This document shows positions 12,161 through 24,040 of a stretch of DNA of 64,000 nucleotides, piece after piece. The notes beneath the pieces are model-generated. The model made no database searches. It had not been told where the DNA came from and worked only from the letters and a program-made list of their open reading frames with translations. The position numbers were made by a program, and so were the translations under genes. The DNA is from Macrostomum lignano (taxonomy: Eukaryota): the NCBI GenBank assembly GCA_002269645.1, contig NIVC01002719.1:62001-126000 (forward strand). The letters are read 5' to 3'. Position 1 is the stretch's first letter; the number at the start of each line of letters is the position of its first letter.

Positions 12161-12598
12161 GCCGCTAGCATTTCGTGGCGCATCCCGACTGCCGGGCCGC
12201 TGGCGATACCGATGGCGGCAGCGCTTGCGGACCGCCAGCTTTTTTCCCACCGGGTATGAGGATGAAGACCACTGTGAAGACCAAAAAAATAAACTGGATA
12301 TTGGACTGTATATGTTATGTTCAGCAAGTTATTATATTTGTGCTATGCATGAATGTTTTAGAATTTCAGGAAAATATAGATCTAAAAGTTGGTAGGCCTA
12401 GCTTAGTTATATAGAAAACACTTGAACATTGTATTTAATACCTACCAAGATGTTTTCATAGCATATATAATTTAAACTAAGATAAAAAATATTATTTTAT
12501 TATCAAATTTGTATATTAAGTAGGCCTATACTCTATTTTAGGAGACGTGTGTCCCCTATGCCATAAGCCTCTGCTGTCTATGCATAAAATGTAAAATA

Positions 12599-14306
12599 TA
12601 GTGTTCCGCCGTAGCTGTAGCTACGGCTACGGGATCCTACGGCAAATACGGTAAAATAGGTGCCTACGGCAGCTACGGATACGCCTACGGTAGCTAGCTG
12701 CTCTTACGGCTACGACTACGGAAATATGGTAGTTGCTGTCACATTCCGTAGATTCCCGTAGCCGTAGTTATTAATGTGTGGTAGGTGAGGCTACCACGGT
12801 GTTTTTTGTTTGTCCCCGGGTTTGGCCCACTTTGTCCACCATGAGGTGCGAATGACGTAGTCCCCGCCATCTTCTGTTCCCGGGTTTGCCCCTTTGGTTG
12901 GTCCCGCTGTTGCGCCCTCTTGTGGTCTGTCCTTTCCCGGCCTTGGTCCTTTTGTTGCCCCACCTCTGTGCTTTAATTCACTTTTGCTTGATTTCTGCCT
13001 ATTATTTTGTTTTGCCCCGTTGCTGCACTATTGGCAACTTCCGGCTTTGGCCCCAGTGTTGGCCTTCGTTTATCCCGATTGCTGCCCTTACAATAACGGT
13101 TCAATATTTAATGCATGCGAAATAATAGTGTTCAATCTACATTTGGCCTTTCTCTACTACATTTCTTTTCGGTACCCTCCGTAACCTCCTGTAACTTCAG
13201 TTTTCCGTTCATCCATTAGGCTTTGATTTTATAGTAATAGCTTAGCACCCCGGTACGCCGGATCAGCATCTTTGATCGTAATTCGCTTTACGTCGCTCAA
13301 ATAACTATAACTAATTTTCGACTAATAAACTTGCGGCTAAACTTATTAAAACTTTAATTAATTTGCTAATTAACTTTCGGCATCCACTAACTGAAGCATT
13401 CGCTATAGTTTATATTAAGTCATTTGCCCCTGGGGCATAAAACAACCAAAAGTTCTCATCTCCAAGAAAGCTCTGAGAATTCAACGTTCCGTAATACGCG
13501 AATTTACGGTGGTGGCAGCTCTACCCTACTGAAAGTAAGCAGTTCAACGATTTCAACGCGTAATTTCTACGGTGTCAAAAGCTCCGGTGTATACCATCTG
13601 AACGACCGTGCCGCTCTAACGACCGCTCTGCTACGATTATGACTACCCTCCCCCCGGACTTGAGGAACCCGGCAGTCGGAGTAACAAAGGAGAAAAGCGT
13701 CCGATTATTCTGTGAAATTTTCCGGCTTTACGAGTGCCAAGATCACGAAGGCGGCAGTTCAAAGGTTTAGAAAACCAACCCGCCCAAACCAAGAGGTATT
13801 AATTTTTTCTTTTCCTTTTCTCACCTCGAATGTTAAAAATTGAAAAAAAAATATTAGAAACCGGTAGAGTAAAACAAAAAAACTTTTAGTAAAATGTATT
13901 ATGAACCTAGAAACTTATAAAATATACATAAAAAGTACAATAAAACACTAGCAAATTCTAATTTTTATTAATGTGAAAAACTTCAGCGTTAGTACTTTCA
14001 ATACTGATTAAGTATTGTTGCTCTAAAAAAGACGAAATATAATCTTATAAACACAATTACGTGTTTCTTTTATTTTCTAATTTAATTTGCAGTTGTTTAA
14101 GCACTAGGTTATCTTCTTGATTCAAAATATTTTGTTTTTTAGACTTTTTGTTAAAATGTTAAAACTACGGCTACGGCTACGGGAACTACAGGAATATGGT
14201 AATTTTGGGGTCCCTACGGCTACGGAATACGGAGAATTGGAGTAAGCCGTAGTTTTGCTTACGGCTACGGCTATGGTACATGGACCCTCCTTACGGCGGA
14301 ACACTA
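12599..14306. mobile_element. hAT-type non-autonomous element with an internal LTR-like insertion
   Basis: TIR TAGTGTTCCGCCGTA / TACGGCGGAACACTA; perfect 8-bp TSD GTAAAATA (12591-12598, 14307-14314); dense subterminal CTACGG/CCGTAG repeats. Confidence 0.9.
12777..13828 (+). mobile_element. LTR-like repeat family, copy C (probable solo LTR)
   Basis: TGTGGTAG start; CACCTCG end like the CACCTCA of copies A and B; AATG on both flanks (12773-76, 13829-32) as a candidate 4-bp TSD. Confidence 0.55.
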
Positions 14307-14379
14307 GTAAAATATAGGAACTATTTATATTTTTCTATTAGAACTATAAAATTATAAAACTTTATAGAACTATTTTCTA

Positions 14380-14690
14380 ATTTTATAGTGAGACATCTTT
14401 CTAGCTAATTGTAGTTCAGTTTTCATTGGCAGCTGTCAACAACACATGTGAATCTTGTATTTATTCCTATAATAATCTATATATTTATTAGTCTTATAGT
14501 GAGATACCCCTCCAACTAATAGTAGCTTAGTTTATTAGCAGTCAAAAACACATGGAAATCCTGTATTCCTTGTTCCTATTATATCTGTCTATTTATTAGT
14601 CTTATAGTGAGATACCCCTCCAACTAAAAGTAGCTTAGTTTATTAGCAGTCAAAAACACATGGAAATCCTGTATTTCTTGCTCCTAATTT
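14380..14690. repeat. ~110-bp tandem duplication (2 close copies plus 1 degenerate)
   Basis: tatttattagtcttatagtgagatacccctccaactaa..gcagtcaaaaacacatggaaatcctgtatt occurs twice. Confidence 0.8.
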
Positions 14691-14839
14691 CTAATTCCTA
14701 ACTCTAATTTCTTTGTTACAGATTACTGAAGGTAAATTGCCAATACTGCACTGACTGTTAGAGTTTGGCAATGTTGTCTGCAGTGTCAGCAGTTGAAAAA
14801 ATCAGGGCAGCATCGAATCAACAGAGTTCTACATGTGAT

Positions 14840-17800
14840 GTGAAAGTCCTTGAGAAGACTCTCTTCAGGTCTAGTGGTGGTACTATCTATCTATTTAAGC
14901 CCAGCGGAAGCAGTGAAGAAAATGATTGAAGTCTGATGGCTATGCCTGGTCAGATAATGGCCATGATAGACTGTCAAGGTAATGCCACTTTTATGAAAAA
15001 AAATAGTTTTAAAAAGAAGCTATTTAGAAAAATTCCGCTTTTCCTATTTTAGATCAAAGCCAATTGTTGTTAAATTTAAGATGGTTCCCCGGCTTTCAAC
15101 AGCCTCTTTGCGTTTGTATGCCTTCCGACAAATTCTAGCAAATGAAACTGTTGACAATAGGTATGTCTGTGAGATCGTATTCTTTCTATCTTTACAGCAT
15201 CTGTCCATATCACAATTTACAAAACATGCTTCCATCTTTCTTTTCTAGTTGCACCCTTCTGCAGTACATTGGCGATGCGGCCAGCATGCCAGAGGAATTT
15301 TTTCATGGCAATCGTTTAACTTGTGGTCCATACATTCGGACCTGCCCATCTGTTCGTGCAAAAGTTGCCGCCAATCTAACTGAGCATCAAGGGCCGCCCT
15401 CAAAAGTTTATCGATTGCACACAGGCAATGAAGCTTCGAATAGCAACCCTTGTTATCAACCTAGAAATTTAAAGCAGGTTCACAACATTGGCCAAAATGT
15501 TCAATCACTGCTTAAGTTTTCAAGTGACTCTTTATTCGCTATTCACTGTTTCGCATATGACACTCCTGGTTTCATTGCTAAAATCCAAACATTTCCGGAC
15601 GTTGCTATTGTCAGTGGCCTCCAAAGTCTGCTTCAAGTTGTCGACTCAATATTGTCTATGGAGCACCGAGACCAGCTTCTGTCCTATGATACGGGTTTTT
15701 GTTTGACTGAAGCTCTTGTTTCGCCAGTAGTTGTACGATTGACAATTTTCGAAGGAAATCCTACATGTCCAGTGATGTTTCTTCTGCACGAGCGCAAGAC
15801 AACCGAAGTGCATGACATAATGTGGTCAGAAGTGAAGAAAGCTTTGCCGTCTTTATCCAAAATAACCACCGCCTGCGTTATGGATGGAGAGATTGCTTTG
15901 CGGCAATCCATGTTGCGTCATCTTCCACTGATTGCATTCTTTGGATGTTGGAACCACTTGAAGAAAGACATTCGGACCTGGGTTCATGAGCATGGTGGTA
16001 CGCTCGACGACCAGAAAGCCTGCGTTCGTGATGTGATCTTACTTCTTAAATGTGAAAACGAGGAAACGTTTCTGAAGATGTTGGGAGAAAAAAAGCCTAA
16101 TTGGAAGCCTCCTTTTGTTACATATTTTGAGAAGAGTATCGAGCCGCTTATCTCAAATTTCTTTGGCCGATGGGTTCTTGGCCACCACTACTCGCCTATT
16201 TCGGGCATAACCCAGAATCAGTCTGAATCTGTTAACGCTTTTCTCAAGCGATTCGAAGGCTCAAATGCGGCTTCGATCGACAATTTCGCTATCAGTCTGT
16301 ACTGCCTATCGGCTGCAGCATACAATGAAATCATGCGTGGTCTTACAGGCACTGGCAGCTACCAATTGAAGCAGGAATTTCGACACATGCAACTGGACCC
16401 TACCAAAGTTGAATTGCTTCATGCGCCCACAACCGAAGAGATAATTAGAAGACTGCATGATAACATGCGCACCTCTACGACTCACTAGCCTGAGTGTACT
16501 ACCTCATTAGCGAATGAGCCACCAATGGAATCCGCAGGACCTGTCTCTCTTCAAAGCCATCTGATTGCTCAAAATGATTTTATCTCTTTTAATTCTAACG
16601 AAGGTAACTTTACCGTTCGTAGCATTTCTGGGCACTTCAATGTGGTATCGTTCTCGAATGGCCAGCCAATGTGCTCGTGCTCTGCAAAGACTGGTTGCGA
16701 CCACACCAGCGCTGTTAGATCAAAGCTAGGTCTCGCTGCTCCCCGTGGTCGAAGGATGAGCAATTTATCAAGACTGTTGAAATCCCAGCGCCGGCCACGT
16801 ATCCGAAAGCCTGGTACGAAAGGTTGGAGCCGCTCAGAGCTGCAAGAGCAAAGGCAGCATCAGCTGGTGCTGGCCGCTGCTCAAAATACTAATCAGTCAG
16901 TGTTGGCCGCTCCTCAGAGTACTAATCAATCGGTGTTGGCATCATTTTAAAATCGGCCCACATCCACTCAATTTATTCTAGAAGCTGCATCTCCACCAGT
17001 TCTGTCCGTGCATGATTCACAGAGCAATGCACCCGAAGTACAAAAGGAAAGTGCGCTTACTTCAATGTTGAAATTGTTACGTAAGTAAATGCTGTTAGAA
17101 TTGTTGGTTGTATCCATTTCTTTGCTTTCGTTCGGAAATCAGAATACTACGAGTAATTTCCAGTTTGTATGCTTTTATCTTTAACACGCTTTATACAGAA
17201 GCGTTCAGCAGCATCGGCAGTGACCTCGTCAACTGCACCTGTGGCAATCAAGCCTACGTATAGAATCATTGTTAGACAGGAAGCGCAGACTGCAGCTTCG
17301 TTAATTGCGCCCACTGTGTCGACGGCGCCCACTGTGTTGACGGCGCCCACTGTGTCGACGGCGCCCACTGTGTCAATGGCGCCCACTGTGTCGACGGCGC
17401 CCACTGTGTCGATGGCGCCCACTGTGTCGATTGCGTCCACTGTGTCGACGGCGCCCACTGTGTCGATGGCGCCCACTGTGTCGATTGCGTCCACTGTGTC
17501 GATGGCGCCCACTCTGTCGATGGCGTCCACTGTGTCTTCCACGGAAAGTGTAGAATTGACAACACCAACTGAGTCAACCGAGCCTCAAATTTCTACTACT
17601 GTCATTTGCAGCACCGATGCATCTTCTATTACTCAACGGCATGAGGTACCTGTTTCACCTTTGGAGCAGGCTTTAAGAGGGGTCAGGCGGTCACGCAGTA
17701 TTTATTCGCAGCCGCAAGCTGGCTATTCGGCTTTGGGCCAGGTTTCATATCACCCGCCGATTGGACTTCCAAACCCGAGCCGCACTTATTGCCCGTTAAA

Positions 17801-18767
17801 CGCAGCATGCCAGTCCATAGCTGCCACGTTAAGTAAAAGCTTAACAATAATTGCCGATTCGCCACCAGTGATTTCCTTCATAAATGCACTGTTCACTGCC
17901 GATCGTACTTCTATGCAGAAACTGCACACGCCAGCGTTTTTTGGTGTACCAGGGCGTTACATTTGGACCCCAATGAAGAAAACTGCGTGCTTGAAATATT
18001 AACAGGAATATTGTCCATCGACGAAATCAAACACAACTTTCAAAACCAAGTAAGTTAAAATTTAAATTTAATTTAATTTAATTTTAAATCCTAAAAATAA
18101 GTGCGCGAGTCTATTTCACTTCTTATTGCAAGTAACAGAGTTTTTCACCTGATTCCACCGCTTTAGTGTTTACAAAAACTAGCTAGTTTAATTAAAGCAT
18201 CCTGTTTTCTGTTACAACGCACGAACCGCGTACGCCTTACCTTTACAGTCAACTACTGCTCTTGTATGTTCTTCATGTAATACCGTGATGCGACGGCAGC
18301 AAGAAGACACGACAACGATCCTGCAGCTGTCGATCTCTAATGTCAGTGACCGCAGCTTTCCCGAGTTAGTCCGCTACTCTACTCTTTCATCGTTGGGTGA
18401 AAAAAACATTTCCTGTCCGAAATGTCAGGCCAATTGGTGCAGCCACAATCAGGTGTCTGCATTGAAGTCTGAGTACCTGTGCATCGGAATTGATCAAGTG
18501 GTTTTCGATCGTAAAAACGGTTCTTTTCGTAAGACTACATTTCCCATTCCGGTAGAACTCAAGCTTGTCTTAAGCGGCAGAGTTTATCAACTTCCAGCTG
18601 CCGTTGCTCAACTGGGCAGCTCGGTAGTAACAGGCCATTACGTAGCATATGTTTTTCCAAATGAATTTACCTGCTTTTACGTGAGTGATCTCAACACCTG
18701 TAGAGCATCAATACCGGCCATTTTTGAAAGCATAAAGAAAAACTGCCGTGCTCTTTTCGATCGCTAA
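14840..18767 (+). mobile_element. MULE transposase gene 1 (spliced, disrupted): CG-1-like DBD, DDE, SWIM, repeats, USP-like protease
   Basis: FRSSGGTIYLF..D*KSDGYAW and LLQYIG (CG-1); YDTGF, VMDGE, CWNHL, TQNQSESVN (MULE DDE); CSCSAKTGCDH (SWIM); GLPNPSRTYCPLNAACQ and YQLPAAVAQLG..GHYVAY (USP Cys and His boxes). In-frame stop at 16486 and frameshift near 17940. No TIRs identified. Confidence 0.8.
17290..17535 (+). repeat. 18-bp coding minisatellite (APTVS[T/M/I]) in the MULE-1 linker
   Basis: About 13 units of gcgcccactgtgtcga(c/t)g, in frame with the Cys-box ORF. Confidence 0.9.
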
Positions 18768-18991
18768 TTTTACGCTCCTTCACGTCTGTACGTGTAGTGA
18801 ATGCCAATTAGTTCCCCACTTTTATTGTTTTTGTTAGATGTTCTGTTACATGGCAAAATAGTTTTAATAAAGCCGACTAGGCCTAATCCATCTGCGAAAA
18901 AGGCTTTAGACTTCCGGTGTGACCATCGTTGCTTTTGCGTTACTATTTTATAGTCCGCTATCCAATTTGAGCGTACATTTTTACGGCTTAT

Positions 18992-19537
18992 GTGGAGTGC
19001 GAAGTGGATGAAGAGGTAGAGGAGGAGACGGAGCCGCAGGAGGAGAGCAAAGAAGAGCCGGCTGGCTCAGACGCGCCGGCGGCCGCCGTTGAGGAACCAC
19101 CACTGCCCAAGCTACAGTTGCTGCCGAACCCATTCGGTCCCCTCCGACCTCCGGGATCAATCAGCAAGCTGGAAAAGCCCGAGCCACCGAGGCGCGATGA
19201 GGCAGAGTTCGTTAGGAAGTTTAAGGCCAGCGCTAAAGCTCTCAAGAGGACGCTACTGGGTATAGGAAAGGCCGGACAGTGGAACCATGAACTGCCCTCT
19301 GAGTGCCTGGCTTTTCTTACTGAAGCAACGGACGAGGAGGCGAAAACCAATCTAGAAATAGCGACCACCTACGTATTGCAAGAGGCTGAGAGGCGAGCCG
19401 GCGGGCCGTGGAGAGAAAGGATGATGTTTGAGGTGTTGGACGAGGTTCGCAGGCGGTTCCGGGCCGACTGCATACCTATCAAAGGCTTGATGTACCTGCT
19501 TGTTCCACAGCGTTGCCAGCGACCCGAGGATGAATAG
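18992..19537 (+). CDS. Hypothetical 181-aa protein with an acidic/Pro-rich N-terminus
   Basis: GC-rich open frame in AT-rich flanks with protein-like composition. No family recognised and the start is non-ATG. Confidence 0.35.
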   Translation: MECEVDEEVEEETEPQEESKEEPAGSDAPAAAVEEPPLPKLQLLPNPFGPLRPPGSISKLEKPEPPRRDEAEFVRKFKASAKALKRTLLGIGKAGQWNHELPSECLAFLTEATDEEAKTNLEIATTYVLQEAERRAGGPWRERMMFEVLDEVRRRFRADCIPIKGLMYLLVPQRCQRPEDE

Positions 19538-21400
19538 CTGAAATACAGGATATCATTAATAACTTTAGGGACGGCAATTAATATCGCGTCATGTTCATGG
19601 TTTAGTAAACTTACAATGTCATTCTGCATTTTATTTGGCACTGTGCTTATTATTATTACTTTTTTTCTTGTGCCCAATAATACCAGTATGTTTTCTTTTA
19701 TTGCGTGCCAAATAACGTTTCTTACATTAATGATGTTATTTAGCCACATATTCATTGCCATATCTCGTCCATATCCAGCCATTACCATGTCAATGACATG
19801 ACACTATTCTTTTGACTATATACCACTAATATTCTACATTACTGTTTCGAGCCAATTTAATATGCTACGTTACTGTTTCGAACTAATCACTGTTATCGTT
19901 TTAACTAGTAGCCAAATTCGTTAGTACAACATTTCTTGTTTCTCATTGGTTTTATCCAGCTATCCTTGCGCGCCACACATATATCCGTGCCTATGAATAG
20001 TACAATTGCTACACACTTAATTGCATGCGCCAATAAATATTGATCAAATATACGACTAATAAGAAGGAAAGTATGTAATGGGGATTGCAACTTTTAAAAG
20101 TCGGGGGAAGGTGTAGTAGGGAATTTTTTTAGGAATGGGAATTAGTAGCAAGCAGATATGCTTTTACGCCACTGTCAGTAGTTTTAGCTAAGGGAAATAA
20201 TTAGAGTGGGGTAAGTCGCTAGTTTTCGGGATTCCTTAGAAGTATAGAGCAGTTTGGGCCTTGGGAAAGCAGATCGTTCGTTCGTTCGTTCGCGGACTTG
20301 CGAAGTCTCAAATAGGAATTAGGTAAGAGGCGGGGAGTATTGGGAAAATTTAAGTAAAACTGTCAAGGTAGTCGATGCCGAAAACAGTACACCTACAGGT
20401 AGTCAATGCCTGACATTTTTTGCACCAACCATTGCATGCTATTTTCTATTTTTTTAAGTATAAAACTTTTGTTAAATATTTCGGTTTTCCTGAGTCAATC
20501 CTTTGTCTATACAATAATAGGACTAGGGAAACAGGAAGCCTGGTGGCAGCGAATCTACCAATCTCAACCAGTAAAATCCACTAATAAGAAATCCTTAGCA
20601 AATAAGAAAACCAGTAGCCTAAACCGCAGGTACCACGACTTGTCCAGTGCCATCCAGCTAAATATCGATTAATTTGTAACCAGATATGATGATGACGATG
20701 ATGATAATACAGACAGTAATTTGTGCTGTGCCGATGTGCTCCTACCTTCACGCGGTGGCCAGCGGGCAGGGGCGATAGCCTCTGGCAAACGAAGAGCACA
20801 AGGGAGAGGGAAACGGAGCGCGGAGAACGGGAACACCCGCACCCTCACAACCGACCCTTTTCATCAGCGGTGGAGAGAAATAGCCGACCTCCTCACCGTT
20901 AAATATCAGGCCAAACACCCCGCTGGGAAAAAATCAAAGTGGAGGTCCCACGCCTCGCGGCGAGAAAAGGGCAGAAGAAGAAGTAATAGATTAGGTAGTA
21001 ATTAGTATTAAGGGTCCAGAAACTTCGGTGCCACCTACGCCGGGAGGCGAGTAAAAGGTGGATGAAGAATTTCGTCATAGATATATTCTGTCTGAAAATG
21101 ATATGGCACCATTTCAGGCATGCTGCGCGTCTACCGCCTCTTTACCATGGTCTGCAGTTTTCAACTGTTTTCCGCATCACGACAACGTTATAACTTTAAA
21201 TACCGCTTTACTATTGTCTGAAATCTAGTAAATTTGCGCTTTACCATTGCCTGCAAACTTTTATGCACGCTTTACCATTTCACTATTACTTCTATAGTTA
21301 GTTTATTTACCAGAGTTATCCTTTCACTTTACCATAAGTATACCAAGTTATATGGCGTTTTTTAGTTTTGTGAGCAAGCCGAAAATCTATCGCTAGAATG

Positions 21401-21869
21401 AGAATGTTCAAGATTTCACATTAAGGACAAAAACGGCAAGACGTGCCTTGTATACAAGGAGACTGCAACCAAGACCAATGCAGGAGGTTTGGGTGACACT
21501 TGCTACGAGCCAAAGGAGGTCATCCAGTTTCCCAACGAGACTAACCCTGCTCGCTGCTACGTTCGATTGTTTCAAAAAACATGTCTGTACGGCCGAGCGG
21601 CAATAAACGGTTCTATTTGTTGCCCGCTAAGGCGCCTGCGCACATTTGGTTATTCCATCGACCGATCGAAAAAACCAGCTGAGCAAATTTTTAGCCGACA
21701 TGTGCAAAACGGACATCGGAGTGTCACCGGTGTGTGGACGTATAAGCGAACGTCGGATATTCAGATTTGTCATTCATCGGCAGTCTTGGACAGCAATACG
21801 CTTTTTGAGGCTGCTAAGGAGTCTGGTGCCAGCAGCTTTGTCTCATTTTTTCAGTCCAAGGTACAATGA
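21401..21869 (+). pseudogene. Crypton-type tyrosine recombinase / DUF3504 C-terminal fragment
   Basis: LVYKETATKTNAGGL, PK.V..FPNETNPARCYVRLF, (P)IGKNQL..F..MC, TGHRSVTGVWTYKRTS. The TNHSLR segment is deleted and the frame shifts. Confidence 0.7.
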
Positions 21870-22499
21870 TTTCATTATTGAGTGCTGGGCTCGTGTTTAT
21901 GGAGAAATCAAGTGCGCCCGGATCCATGTCTCCTCTGAGGCAAACCCGCTCGCCAGTTGCGAAAAAAAGGAACAGGGTCACTCATGACTCGCAGCGGGGG
22001 GTCTTGTTTTCATGGCGCAATCTATTTCCCTTTTTAATTGCGGCCCCTCTCAAGGCTTTGTTCAGAAAGCCCTTGTTACCCCCTTTCCGTTTCACGGCCC
22101 AGGGAATTCTCTAGACCTGGAAGTGACACTGGCAAAATCGGACCGGACTGCCCGGGCCAAGTCAGGCCATTATTTTTGGCTGTGAAGGGACAAGAGAGGA
22201 ACTGACTGAGTGTAAGACATGTTAGAAAAAACCGTAGGTTTGAGGGGAAAAGCGAATGATAAGATGTGGGTGAGAGATAAGGGGGGGGAGGAAAAATGTG
22301 CATTTGGGAAAAAAGAAAAGGAACTGAGGAAGATTGCTGGCAAAAACATTACGCACAATTGTACATGTACAGGAAAAAATTACTATGCACAGCCTACCTG
22401 CTTTTGCCCTTCTCGGGTGTTAGTTTTTTATACGCTTGCATAAGTCTTAGCACGTGTAACCCATGATTTATCTATGCAAGTAATACAAAATGAGCAACT

Positions 22500-24040
22500 T
22501 GGGAACTTCGCGGTGTTCGGCTACAAATCAGGCTATTCGTCAGAAGGAACTGTAGGAAAAAGCTATTACGTTTTCCCAAAGGATTCTGTACTGAGACAGC
22601 AGTGGCCTCGTGCTATACCAAACACCGACCTAAAGGCCACGTCTTCTCAGCGTGTTGCCCGAAGCACTTCACGGAAGCTGACTTCGTCAGAGAATTAACC
22701 AACGAGACCACCCGTCGTAAGAATCGAAAATTCTTAGAAGCGAAGCTTCAACAAGTTCGCCTAAATATTGCTGCAATGCACACTAAATTTGACAGTGTGC
22801 CGAAGTACCCCAGCAAGTCAGCGCCAATGGAGAGGACTACAGGTGCCTTGTCCTTATCTCGTCTGCAAGTGGAGAATGCGCATTTGAATGAGATGATCGG
22901 CGAATTTCTAAGCTTTGATGAGTTGCGTACTCTCAGTGACCTGCTAGACAAGTTGGAATCGGCCAATGTTCCATCCGGATTTGTAAGAAGCACGAACGCT
23001 GGATCAGCTTATTTTTTCCTGATCGACACATCCATCTCAGACTCCACACCGCTGCCGCCTCTGGGGGCCAAGCCCGGAGCCCGGGGCAGTTTTCGAGAAC
23101 TGCGTCGCGGTGTTGAACTTCCTCGGGAAGGCGGGCGCCGTCTGACGACCGGTGCCATAAGCCCTGGCCCGAGCGCGTCCGAAGAAGAAGAAGAAGAGAA
23201 GTATGTGGTCCTCATCATCGACGAGGTGACCACCGCGAAGAGAGTGGAATTTAACTGCAACTCCATATATGGTCTCAGCAGCGATGGCAAGGTAGCTTCC
23301 TCTATTTTGGCGTTTCTCGTCAAGTCAATCGGTGGGTCCTTCTAGGATTTCGCTGTTATTTTTCCGATTAACTGTCTTACAGCAGCCACCTGAGTAGCCT
23401 TGCTGGTTCAGTCGGCACAGACAGACTGCCAACAGATTGTAGCATCGCATATGGAAGCCAGCACGCCTTTACAACGCTGTTTTGCTGTAAATTTTGACGA
23501 AGTATATGTCCAGTCTTCGCTCAGATTGGCCGGCGGTCATGCCGTCACTCAGATTTTCTGGCGGCCATGCAGTTGGCTTTGCTGAAGATGCTCCTGAAAA
23601 GTTGGTCCGCACTGTCTTAGCCATCATGGTGAAGCCTCTAATGGGAGCAGACGCTTTTGTTGCCCCTTTAGTGCCAATTTTCAGCCTCAAGCCGCAGTTC
23701 CTATCCAATCAGTTAGTAGGTTGGTTATAAGGCTGTTCAGCTAATAACCATAATTCATGACTGCGGCGACAGTGTAGTTACACTCATTTGTGATAATCAT
23801 TTCAGTAAAATAAACTGTTTTAACATGTTTGAGTGTGAATGCACAGAAACACCCTGACAAGCAATCCTGAGGATCTGAGTAAACCCCTTTATCTACCCTG
23901 ACACTGTCCACAAAATGAAAAAAATTCAGAATAATTGGCTAACTCAAGGCTACATGAATTTCAGTTCTCTCGAATATCAGATGGACCTTCAGTCTGTGCT
24001 AAATGGAGTGACTTGGTTGAAATTGAGGAGAAATCTCGAA
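22500..24040 (+). pseudogene. THAP domain plus P-element-like transposase fragments
   Basis: THAP: FPKD..LRQQW..AIP...RV(C)PKHF..ADF. Two copies of the first catalytic-Asp strand (YVVLIIDEV, FAVNFDEVYV) and YPDTVHKMK.IQNNW. Many stops and shifts. Confidence 0.7.

Larger units (their letters stand above)
8866..12254. mobile_element. Non-autonomous TIR element (CCC-terminal, TA-flanked) enclosing Polinton-end and Chapaev3 fragments
   Basis: ta|CCCGGTGGGAAAA at 8866 and TTTTCCCACCGGG|ta ending at 12254 form a perfect 13-bp inverted pair with TA on both sides. Confidence 0.55.

Noticed and set aside
20721-21005. RWREIADLL as a Myb/SANT domain
   Set aside because: Only one short motif, and the other Trp-spaced helices are absent.
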